Shown here piece by piece: positions 53,490 to 64,000 of a DNA stretch of 64,000 bases (positions within the stretch are counted from its first letter, which is position 1; each line of letters starts with the position of its first letter). Source of the stretch: Gnetum montanum. Its lineage: Eukaryota; Plantae; Gnetophyta. The notes beneath the pieces were generated by a model, which had not been told where the DNA came from, did no database searches, and saw only the letters and a program-made list of their open reading frames with translations. The stretch is taken from NCBI GenBank assembly GCA_015680685.1, contig MNCI01000161.1:12744-76743 (forward strand), read 5' to 3'. Position numbers and translations under genes: made by a program.

Positions 53490-53699
53490 TATGAGCGAAA
53501 GAGTAATGAAGATAGCTGGTGGAAGCATAAAGATAAGCATAAGCGTAATGAGAATAGCTGGTGGTAACATAAATATATGCGTAAATGAAATAAGTATTTG
53601 TACAACATAAATGGAATAGCTGGTGGAAACGTGCATGTAAATTGCATGACATTTAGATGATGTGGTTCATTTGCTAACTCTGTAGTTGTTTCCTAACTG

Positions 53700-56600
53700 C
53701 TTTTATCTTCAGTGACATGTAAGGACGGGGAGATTTATGACCCTATTCCCTCACGACACAATCTTCCTCTTGGAATGACAGTTCAGCCCAAATTAAACTA
53801 TCATTAGCCATTGTTTTGGCTTGTTCTGGTGTTTGGACAAGGGACTGGTCTTTTGGAATTTTGATTTCTGAACCCTGTTTGGTTTCTATGTTGTTGACAG
53901 CCCAAGGGGTCATTTCATCACCGTGGATGATCACCTCCCCTCCTGCATAGGGTAGATGGATCTCCTGATGGATAGGAGATGAAACCACCCTCAATTGAGC
54001 TAACCAAGACCTCCCTAGGATTAGGTTAAAGCTCAAAATCTCTTCGACAACAATAAACGTTACATCTGTGGGGAATTGGTCCCCTGCCACAAAGTTGATG
54101 TGTACTATCCCTTTGACTTGCACCTGTGCCCTGTTGAACAACTTTAGACACAACGTTGTTGTAGGACTAATCTGATCAATCAGGCCTAGCTTATCCACTA
54201 TGGAATATGGGATGACATTAGCGACTGCCTCGTTGTCTACATGTACTCTCCGGATTCGATGTTGGCCAACCTGGATGGTGATGAACATGGGTGCCATTAT
54301 CACCTGATCCATTTCTGGGTTGTCCTTAATGGATTCATCGTGAAAGGTCAACAGGGAAGGCCCAGGTTTCTCGGCAGCGAGAGGAAGCATGATGGAATGA
54401 ATCACTTCTTCATCCGCTGGCAGGCTCTTGTCCATAGGTATGGATGTTAGCATATGAACCATGGCTTCACAATGCTTTTGCAATGTCATTAACAAATCGT
54501 ACAAGCTCAGCATTGTATTTTTCTATTTAAGAGCTTGCTTGACCTGCATAAAGGCATTGAGGAGATCCCACCCACAATCTGACTACTTGCCACCTTTTTC
54601 CTCTTCCATTAGCCCTAAGAGATGGATTTCTCGGGGAAGAATGGCATCTGGTCAAGGGTTATGTTTTTTTAGACTAGTAGGAGATGATTGCATTTGTACA
54701 CCTTCATCCTTTTCAGAAAGTGGGGCCAAGGGCATAGATGCAAGGGATTTAGGCTTGGGAAACCCCAGCGTAAGACGGTCCTTGACTATATCATTTGTCA
54801 TACCTTCTTCTCCTTTTCTGTTAAGGTGAGATTGGGGGGTTGACTTGGAGGTTTGCCCCTACACAGGAGGGGCAACTGATGGTTTTGGCACCCTAATGAC
54901 AAAGGGTGCCTTAGGTATAGGCGTGGGCTAGGCCACAGCTTTATTAACAATGGGCTATCAACCAGTGGTCTAAGAAGGGGATCGAAGGATAAAGGGTTGC
55001 CTTGGAGCACTCCTTGTCGATGCTGAGGGACCCGCTGTTTGGGGTGAACAAGTAGGAATTTGCAACATAAAGGACTGCTTTGGCTGTGCCTAACCATTAC
55101 CCTATGCACCTACCACGTTGATGGTGTACCCTACGTTATTTGCATTTAACGGGTCTTGGTACACATGCATGGCTTGGTTTTCTGGGTGTGCCAAACTACT
55201 ACTCTCTAGGACGAGATCACCATGATCGATCATGTGTTGAATTTCATCCTTCAACGCCTAGCAGTAATCCACTCATGACCACACAACTAGTGGTAGTCAT
55301 AGAAACGATCCAACCTGAAGTGTTTGGGGATTGGCGGTTCGTTAGGCAAAGTCAAAGAAGGGTTTTTAAGAAGCTCACAATGGCATCTATGACACTTCAG
55401 AGCCTCCTCGGATACCTTCTTGTGTTGAATATGGCCAGTTCCCAGTAGCTGCTTTAGAAGTTCTGAAAGCTTTACAGGAAGGATTATGTACTTTGAATGA
55501 TCTTTACACTCAAATTTAGGCCTTGGCTGTGGAGGTGCTTCAGGGGTAGAAGGAACTTCTTGATTGGGGTCGTTTGAGCTATTTGTCGGCTCAGCCGGCT
55601 CCGTGGATGTTTTCTTGTTGTTGTTGTTTTTCTTCTTGGCCCCCTTGGCAATTGTTGCTACTATCATTCTCGTAGCTTTGCCTTTGTTCTTACCCTTACT
55701 GTGGACATTTTTATAGGCCACGTATGCCAAATCTTTGCTAGCCTCCATCATGTCTTGGATGCTCTTAGTATGAGCAAAGGCTTGGTTGAGGGAGCGAGAA
55801 GAGAGGTAGTACAACTTTAACTTAATGAAGTTGTTAACTGCCCCCTTGAAAATGGTTAACAAATGAGCCTCCACAATGGATTCGTGAATTTCATTCAAGG
55901 TTGCACTCCAATGCTGTATAAACCTCTGGACTAGCTTGAGCGGATCTTGTTTGACTCAAGCTGGTCTAGTGTGACTTCAGGTTTTAGGTTGTATTTGAAA
56001 TGTATCACAAATTGAGTTAGTAACTCTTCCAAGGTTGAAATGGAAGAGCGTGGAAGTGCTCGATACCAGTCTAAGGCTTTATCCATTAGGGACATGACAA
56101 AGACATGGATTATAGTGTGCAGCCATTGCTGCAGTAGCAATGACTCTAACTTGAAAGTAACTAAGTGAGTGTTGGGATCTCCTTCCTCATTGTATTTTGT
56201 AAAATGAGGAAGTGGCATCCCAGGTGGTAACGATAAAATGGTCACTACCGGATTAATAGGATCATCATGGTAAAAATTCATGACTTGTACTATGTCAGAA
56301 CCAGTAGCCTTGCGGTATTTAACTTCCTCTATGAGAGTCTGAATAAGCTAGAAGGCTTGGTCCAGACCTGTGGATGGAGAGTTTGTTTGTATAATGACGG
56401 AAGGAACCACACTAGGTGGTGAAATAGGGATGGCTATCGTCGGCTGTACCATTGGATAAGTTGTTTATGTGGCTGGGGGCATAAATGATGATCCTGTAAC
56501 AGGGTTTAACACCCACGAGGCCTGGCTTTGATTAAGACAAAGATGGAACATCTACGTATGATGTGCAACGAGAGGCATGTTTGGGACCCACCATGCTGTA

Positions 56601-57200
56601 GTGGCGGGCCCTGCCATGTGAGTCGGGATGAAGGTGGGTGTTGTAGGTAATTGTGACGTAGGTATCGCGTGTACATGCGATGACATGGATGCAGGTGCAC
56701 GATGAGATGGATTAGGTAATTACACCTGCTGAGGAATGATTTGTGATGGACCATCGCTAGGAAAGATAGTTGGAGAGAGAAAATGTAGGTGTGGTGAGTG
56801 CAAAACTCGATTAGTATTAGATAATGTCAAGGGCGTGGTAACCATGAACAACTAATTTACGTGGAACATCGTGGAGGGAGGGGCCATGGTGAAATCAGCA
56901 TGACCACCTCCTTCAGAGTGGGAGTCTAGATCATCTTGCCCATCATGAATCGTTTCATCATGAAACAACTCCTCTAGTTTTTTTGGTGATGTCTTAGCCA
57001 TCAGCATTTGATCCAGGTTCCACCTTTGTTAATCTGTCAAGGGTACAGTGGTGTTGTGTGAAGGAATAAATGCCTTCTCGTTGCAATACATGAACTCGTA
57101 TTCTCATTTTTCTTCAAGTTCTTGTGGATACATAGGCAAGTTCGCTACTAGTTTAGCATAGAGAAAGTTGTAGCGTTCCTTGCGCTAAGCGTGTCCCTCA
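53700..57200 (-). pseudogene. gag: Tat gag-protease, disrupted
   Basis: LPHFTKYNEEGDPNTHL..F...FVMSLMDKALDWY..LP..SI capsid; a Tat-type Cys/His motif near 55250-55300; protease RRVHVDNEAVANVIP...FNLILGRSWL. Confidence 0.9.
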
Positions 57201-57571
57201 GGCTCTTTATTTTAAAGCCTGAGGGAACAACGTGGTCACACTGGACTAGTTGGTGGTTCGACCATAGGAGGCATAACTTTCATGGTCCAAGGATTCTCGA
57301 GGTTGGAAGTATCAACAATGGTGGTTGATGTAGCCATTCTTTACATGTTTCAGAAGTAACGACGACAAGGATAAAGGTTGCAAGGGCAAAAGGCAAACTA
57401 AGGTAATAATCAGGGCTTTCTATCTTATAGGATTCCAAGGGAATCGTCGGAGCGACCGATCTACACCACACAATCTAGTAAACAACTATGGAGGTATTAC
57501 GTTTACGTTGATCAAAAATGGGTACAGATAGCTTACAAGACGACCCGTAAAGTGCAGATTGGCTATGAAGG

Positions 57572-57588
57572 CCCTCCTTCTAGCGCCA
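57572..57588 (-). other. Primer binding site, tRNA-Asn
   Basis: Minus-strand TGGCGCTAGAAGGAGGG, complementary to the 3' end of plant tRNA-Asn (CCCTCCTTCTAGCGCCA), 6 nt from the LTR end. Confidence 0.85.
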
Positions 57589-57594
57589 GAAAAC

Positions 57595-58499
57595 TGTAAT
57601 GACAGAAAACGTCGATCATTGGAAATACCGAACGGGAGTCTGTGTACACAGTTCTAACCTTGGATCCGTGCCAGGGCCGTGCTGGAGAAGACGAATCTAA
57701 GGTGCCCTAAATGGTCTTGTCGATCAGACAGGGACTTATTTGATTAGTAAAACCTTTGTAATAATCAGATGGTAAAAGGACGATCCCAACGAAGAGATAT
57801 AATGTTGTTAATCCCGAAAGTAATTGAAAGTGATGTTAATGATTTAAAGTGATTGCAAAATATGTATAAATAGGACGCCAGAAATCGGATTTATAGAGAA
57901 TGCAATCCCAAGATCTGGGATTTAACTTATGAACAAAGTATGTTGAATACAATGATTAGAGGTGGACTTCGGTTTGGACGAAGCACATGCCAATAGCAAG
58001 AATGTTATTTAAAGATGAAACAAGCAAAGGTCCATCTACCTTATTCTAGCCAATCTGGGTGCCAAGAATTTAGACTCGAGGCAGAATATCTGTTAGCCGA
58101 CCATTTCTGACCAAGGGTTCTTTCCAATCACCTCCGATGTTCTCACGATTGCTGATCCTCTTTTGCTTTCTTGCTAATCTTGAAAGATTTTTTTTTTTTG
58201 CCAACCTCCTTCTTTTGATCTTTTTCAACTGAAGCATTTATAAGGTTAGGGTTAGAAGAAAAATGCAACTTAGATGACGCATGTCCCGAAATTATAGGAT
58301 GCCATTGACTTGATGTGTTTGTGCTTGAAGTTTGCGGCGCCACATTGCATTACACTCTTGAAGCGTAATACATCGTAAACCACTTTTGCTGGAGTTTTGG
58401 CAACAAAATGTTCTTTGTTTACGCTACAATACACTAGAGAGCATATTGTGATGTATGAACCACTGATGCTTGAATTGTGCTCTCTCTGTCATTGCTTGT
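57595..58499 (-). repeat. Visible part of the Tat 5' LTR
   Basis: Aligns with 41735-42640. The alignment breaks exactly after CATTGCTTGT, at the Athila insertion. Confidence 0.92.
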
Positions 58500-59491
58500 T
58501 GATGAGATGTGATATGCACAAGCTGCGATATCGCATACGCGATATCATGGCCACCGCGATATTGCATCCCCTGCGATATTGCATACACGATATCGCATTG
58601 TCCCCTGTGATATCCCGTACACAATATCACAGTCCACCGTCAAATCTATAAATAAGAGGTAGCACTCCCCTCATTTCACATCCTAGGCTAGAAGTAGCGA
58701 AGCTCTAGCTGATTGATCACCCCAGACATAGAATATTTTCCGTGTGCCCACAGTCGGAGTCCCCCAAGTGAACGATTCTTTATTCGAGCAACTTTGTACC
58801 TAAACGCAAGTTGTGTACGGCAATAAAGACGAGCTTTGTGGATAAACCTTGTAGTACATGAATAGATTTATTTAATGTTATTTATTACTTTCCTAGTAGC
58901 ACGGCATGAGTACGACTTGGTTACGAGCATTGACGAATGTGTACGGCTAGCCAAGGAATCGGCTACTCATCGCGATTAGATTCTCTCACCCTTATCTCCT
59001 AGAACGTGAGACGAGTACGACTTGATTATGAGCATCTATGGATATGTACGGCTAGTCAAGGAATCGGTTGCTCGTCATACTTAAGCTAGTTAGGTGTCTC
59101 AATACGACTACTTCGAGCACGTGCGTTACATGTGGTAATCCCAGTAATGATTAGCATTTGGTAGCCACAGTTGCACAGTTCAGGGTGTGTACAGCAAGTG
59201 GGAACGAATGCTGATGCTAGGACTTAGCGTTGTAGATAGAGTTAGTTTTAGTCTCTCAACCCTTCACCCTTTAGCATAGGAGATAAACCTAAAAAGACCA
59301 AAAAAGTCATATACCTCGAACTTACTTAACCATACACCGTGACAACAACAAGTAAGTCTGGAAAGAAAACGATTAATTAACCCCAAGTGTTCCTTGCGGC
59401 GTTTAGGCATTTAGTCTACAGAGTTCAACTGGATCACGCATGCTACGCTCGTTTCATATGGTTGAGTGTCAGGGTACCTCGCCACTCATCA
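58500..59491 (+). repeat. 5' LTR of the Athila-like element
   Basis: Perfect 7-bp terminal inverted repeat TGATGAG/CTCATCA, a TATA box at about 58647 and GCGATATCGC-like palindromic repeats at 58525-58620. Confidence 0.9.
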
Positions 59492-59492
59492 T

Positions 59493-59510
59493 TGGTGCCG
59501 TTGCCAGGGA
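59493..59510 (+). other. Primer binding site, Athila-type (tRNA-Asp)
   Basis: TGGTGCCGTTGCCAGGGA, versus the Athila consensus TGGCGCCGTTGCCGGGGA. Confidence 0.85.
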
Positions 59511-59669
59511 CTAAGTGTTTATATGCCAATTAGAACATTAGGAAATCTTTCACATCGTTGTGAGCCTTAGCAAACCTTTGGGTTAATTAGTTAAATAAGA
59601 AAATATATAATGGTGAACAACACACCAATAAAATGCCTTCTTCTCATAAGGTTAACTCACCTAGGGATA

Positions 59670-62600
59670 ACATGGAAGACAGTCAACAACATACACATAA
59701 CCTAAACCAGCCAAGTCCTAAACAGTATAAGATAGTTTATACTCATCTTGATGAGTATATTGCTAACTACACTTTTATCCTCCATCAGGATGAACAGTTG
59801 CGCTAGAGAGATTTGTTTGGTAACATAGTTTTACCACCAGATTGATCTGTTCTGAACATGCTCTTTCGTGCCTTGGCACAGATTAGCATGCAGGACTTAT
59901 TCGCTAAATATGTTGCTGGACAATATGATATAAGGGATTATCATCCCACTGCTTTGCAATGTATGAGGGATGAAAGGCAGGAGAGTCAACACTCATTGTT
60001 GAAGGGCAAGGTCTCCCATGTCCTTAGTGAAATAGGAGATGAAGAACCCCTCACAACGGGTTTCTTAGGAAATGATGTTCCTCCTCCTTACAATGGTGAA
60101 GAGGTTAGGCATTAGAGCCTTCGATCAATTGTACATGCTACGAGCTCTGATCCCCATGAACACCAACTATTCATGACAGGAACAACCACTCACACTAAGG
60201 ACGAACACTTAGATCGTCACAATGATCGGGGCTGAAGCAACTAAAGAGAAGGTAAGAAACATTTCCATGGTGATGGATCCCCTTCCTCTTCTCCTTCATC
60301 TCACCATTCACACTCTCCTTCCACATCTGGGTGCAACCATTGTGAGCACAACAGAGAGGGTAAAAGTAAGGAAGATGAAAGACCTCGACAGGAAGGTCAG
60401 GAGTTAGGACAAGGGCAAGGACGTAGGGAGAGTAGGGAACCACCACGAAGACATCACAGATGCCATGATAGGGATTATCATGACGAACCCCTACTTGCAA
60501 CCTGAAGTATGCTAGACATCACAGAGGCAGTTAGGATCCCCAAAAGGCACTTAAAAGATAGCAGGATCAAGCGTNNNNNNNNNNNNNNNNNNNNNNNNNN
60601 NNNNNNNNNNNNNNNNNNNNNNNNNNNNNNNNNNNNNNNNNNNNNNNNNNNNNNNNNNNNNNNNNNNNNNNNNNNNNNNNNNNNNNNNNNNNNNNNNNNN
60701 NNNNNNNNNNNNNNNNNNNNNNNNNNNNNNNNNNNNNNNNNNNNNNNNNNNNNNNNNNNNNNNNNNNNNNNNNNNNNNNNNNNNNNNNNNNNNNNNNNNN
60801 NNNNNNNNNNNNNNNNNNNNNNNNNNNNNNNNNNNNNNNNNNNNNNNNNNNNNNNNNNNNNNNNNNNNNNNNNNNNNNNNNNNNNNNNNNNNNNNNNNNN
60901 NNNNNNNNNNNNNNNNNNNNNNNNNNNNNNNNNNNNNNNNNNNNNNNNNNNNNNNNNNNNNNNNNNNNNNNNNNNNNNNNNNNNNNNNNNNNNNNNNNNN
61001 NNNNNNNNNNNNNNNNNNNNNNNNNNNNNNNNNNNNNNNNNNNNNNNNNNNNNNNNNNNNNNNNNNNNNNNNNNNNNNNNNNNNNNNNNNNNNNNNNNNN
61101 NNNNNNNNNGATTCCTTAGACTCAAGAATAGAAACAGTCTTAAAAATCGTAGAAGAGTCTAAGGTAGAACAAAGTAGTGACAAAGGCAAAACCAAGTAGA
61201 GAAACTTAAGCCCTGCACATAACAAGGGTAAGGGGAAAACTCCTATTTTCGATGAGGCTGTGAATTCTGATTCAGAAAATGATAGTGGATGTGAGGTTTG
61301 CTACTATGATCATCCTAAGGGATGTTGCCCAATTATCTCACATCTGCAAGAGTCTGGGGTGTATGCGTTAAATCCAAGACTTAATCAATGGCAAACACAC
61401 CGAAGGTTACCTTATCCACAAGGTAACCCAAGGCAGTTCCATCAACCCTTAACATATTACCCAAGTGGAACGCCTCCACAACCTATTGGACAACATCAAC
61501 AGTGGCAATACCCACAGTCATGGGGGATGCCACCACCAACACATCAATACCCTTACCTACAGCCCGATCCTTATGATTATTATGTGCAGCAGCCAGTTTC
61601 TCTAGGTGACTCTATGGGTCACACTACTCCTCAACATCACTACCAAGTTTGGGAGTACTTCAGGAGGACTCCTTCTCCTTCAGGAGATATCTCACATTCA
61701 GCCCATCCTCTAACTCCACCTGCACCTCTTCCACCTGTAGTTCCCATACAACCTATTCCAACAATGCAGGGGGAATTACCTACCCAATCACAGCAACGTA
61801 ACGCCGCGAGAGTTGTAAATATTCAGCATCTAAATATCCAACCAGGTGCTAGTTCTGACAACTGTAAAAAGAGAAGATCTTACTTTAGAACCAAAACCCC
61901 AGACAAACTCTTGCAACAATAAGCGGTTGGGCACATGTATAGGCCTCTAACCACTAACGCTTCGGAGAACCCTTCAATCCAACAACTAAGTACACAAACG
62001 GTTATGTTAACACATACCGTAATTGACTAGATAAAGATGGGCCACCTTCCCAAGAAACTATCTGACCCTGGGAACCCCTTAATTCATTTATAGATCGCCA
62101 GAAATGCACCACATCGAACTCTTCTTGACTCAGGTTCCAAAGTCAACCTAATTTCACAAAAGATGTATCAAGCCTGGAACCTGCCCCAACTTAAGAAGAG
62201 TAACATACAACTGGAGCTGGCTGACCAATCCATCACCATTCCCTTAGGGTTGGTGGAGGATGTTATTACCATTGTGTGTGGTTGGTCCTACCCAGTTGAT
62301 TTCCTGGTGATTGAGGTTAACAATGAAGGGGGCTTCCCCATTATAATGGGAAGGTCGTGGCTAAGTACTGTAGATGCATACCTAGGAATTCGTTATCTTT
62401 CCTTGCAAATTTCTAAGATAAAAATTTATGGAAAGATCGAGAAGAAGAAGATTCCATGCATCACATACAGTGATTCATTAGGTGATGACATGGAGGGATG
62501 CTCATCTCCTCCATGCAGTAGGTGTGCCCTTGAAACTCTCCAACAAAGATGCCTGTATGTAGCAACCACACAAGAAGTAGTAGAGACCCCGTGGTTGACA

Positions 62601-62822
62601 ACTACTTGTAAGAGCAGACAAATATGCATGGAACGAACTGAGGAAACTCATGCCAACAACTGTGGCATAGACACATTGGAACGTGAGCGTCGCCAACTTC
62701 CACCCCTCAACTTAAGATCATCAATTGGGAGAAGTTGGGCACTTCTTAGAAATTCAAATAGACGGTCATCATTTCAGATCTCTCCCTTACAACTTAGTCA
62801 TGGGGGAGACGGCCACCTATGA
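59670..62822 (+). pseudogene. gag: Athila gag-protease remnants
   Basis: THLDEY...LR*RDLF gag-like block, a Pro/Gln-rich linker, and protease LPKKLSDPG...LLDSGSKVNLI...LELADQS...G.VEDV...PVDFLVI...PIIMGRSWL. Confidence 0.78.
60575..61109. other. Assembly gap
   Basis: Run of N. Confidence 1.
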
Positions 62823-62964
62823 TAATCATATGGGGCCCTCAGTTCTTTTTCAATTTTTTTTTTTACACATTTTTGTTTTACAACGTTTTTGTTTTACACA
62901 TTTCTGTTTTACAACTTTCTTTAACCTTTTTAGTTTTTGTTTTACATCATTGTTATACGTTTTC

Positions 62965-62969
<5 letters not shown>

Positions 62970-63001
<32 letters not shown>
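62970..63001. repeat. (TG)n microsatellite
   Basis: About 16 perfect TG units. Confidence 0.95.
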
Positions 63002-63002
<1 letters not shown>

Positions 63003-63138
63003 CATCCATCATGTAAGTTCATCACCCAATAAGTATTCAGACCGATGGTATGAACTATTTTCATATTAATTGCTAATGTTTGGTTTTTACCTTTAAGTCA
63101 CAATGTTGATACTAAGGTATGTTTCTTTTGATATGGCA

Positions 63139-63375
63139 NNNNNNNNNNNNNNNNNNNNNNNNNNNNNNNNNNNNNNNNNNNNNNNNNNNNNNNNNNNNNN
63201 NNNNNNNNNNNNNNNNNNNNNNNNNNNNNNNNNNNNNNNNNNNNNNNNNNNNNNNNNNNNNNNNNNNNNNNNNNNNNNNNNNNNNNNNNNNNNNNNNNNN
63301 NNNNNNNNNNNNNNNNNNNNNNNNNNNNNNNNNNNNNNNNNNNNNNNNNNNNNNNNNNNNNNNNNNNNNNNNNNN
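63139..63375. other. Assembly gap
   Basis: Run of N. Confidence 1.
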
Positions 63376-64000
63376 AAAAAAAAAGTGAGAATTCAAAGCA
63401 CACCCCCTAGAAAAAATAAAATTTTGGCTACAAGCACTGGTTATGGAACCTAAAGTGTTCCCTCTAACTAAGGCCCTTCTCGCTTCCCATTGTCTCCTTT
63501 GTTTTTTCAAAATGGTGGTGGCTCTTTGAAGATGCATCCTCATATTCGAGTGGATGGTTTAACCGAATGCATTGATGCGAAGTCACTAGAAGTGGTTGGT
63601 TTGAGCCCAGAGTTGGAATGAGATTTGCCAAGTCACATTAATCATCAAACACACAAGGGGCTGTACACCACCTTGTTCTTGAGATTCCATTCCATTTCTT
63701 GTCTCTCCTTCCTTCTCTCCATTGTTCACCTCATTGTCGGTTGTATCATTAGTGTATATATTTTGGTTGATGCATTGTTTTCTTTTTGGTAAATTCTTGT
63801 GGTTAAGACTTTAACTCTTGTTCCAAAAGACATTCCCAGAGCTTACGGACTCTTTGAATGTGGGTTTGTCAGGACATTAACGGAATGAGCCTACTTTGGG
63901 GAGGATCCACTGACATTCCTATTTGGAGCATTAGTTATCTTCTTTTCCTTAGCATTTTACAATTGATTTTATTTTGTTCATTTCCATCTTGACATCTCTT

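Larger units (their letters stand above)
41735..58499 (-). mobile_element. Tat/Ogre-type Ty3/gypsy LTR retrotransposon (5' LTR interrupted by the Athila-like insertion)
   Basis: Paired LTRs, tRNA-Asn PBS, gag-PR then RT-RH-aRH-INT, and 3' UTR tandem repeats. The left flank ATACC is the predicted TSD. Confidence 0.93.
58500..64000 (+). mobile_element. Athila-like Ty3/gypsy element (extends beyond the window)
   Basis: LTR TGATGAG...CTCATCA, Athila-type PBS and an Athila-type protease. The left flank CTTGT is the predicted TSD. Confidence 0.85.

Overview
This is a repeat-saturated, AT-rich window from what looks like a large land-plant nuclear genome, with three assembly gaps. I find no intact host gene and no rRNA, bona fide tRNA gene or CRISPR array. 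The window is a nest of decayed retroelements: (1) a degenerate L1-type LINE interrupted by a 6.7-kb Sirevirus-like Ty1/copia element that keeps gag and the env-like ORF but lacks pol (2270-8946); (2) a relic with a Ulp1/C48 SUMO-protease domain followed by an FCP1/NIF HAD-phosphatase domain (about 10165-11610); (3) solo and partial LTRs; (4) an RTE-clade LINE, hit by a CRM-like gypsy element whose LTR was in turn hit by a complete 10.1-kb chromovirus (28008-38139); (5) a roughly 17-kb Tat/Ogre-type gypsy element on the minus strand (41735-58499; RT-RH-aRH-INT order, tRNA-Asn PBS), whose 5' LTR is interrupted by an Athila-like element. The most striking observation is in the Tat element. Its protease and RT are separated by about 5.5 kb that ends in a canonical in-frame splice acceptor, resembling the Ogre prot-rt intron. 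This spacer holds an antisense, multi-exon gene that appears to join an FCP1-like phosphatase domain to a plant-transposon accessory domain and a coiled-coil/acidic tail. A second, divergent FCP1-like domain lies beside the Ulp1 domain elsewhere in the window, and the chromovirus also carries a spliced antisense gene, in its 5' leader. All domain calls come from manual motif recognition and need HMM confirmation.
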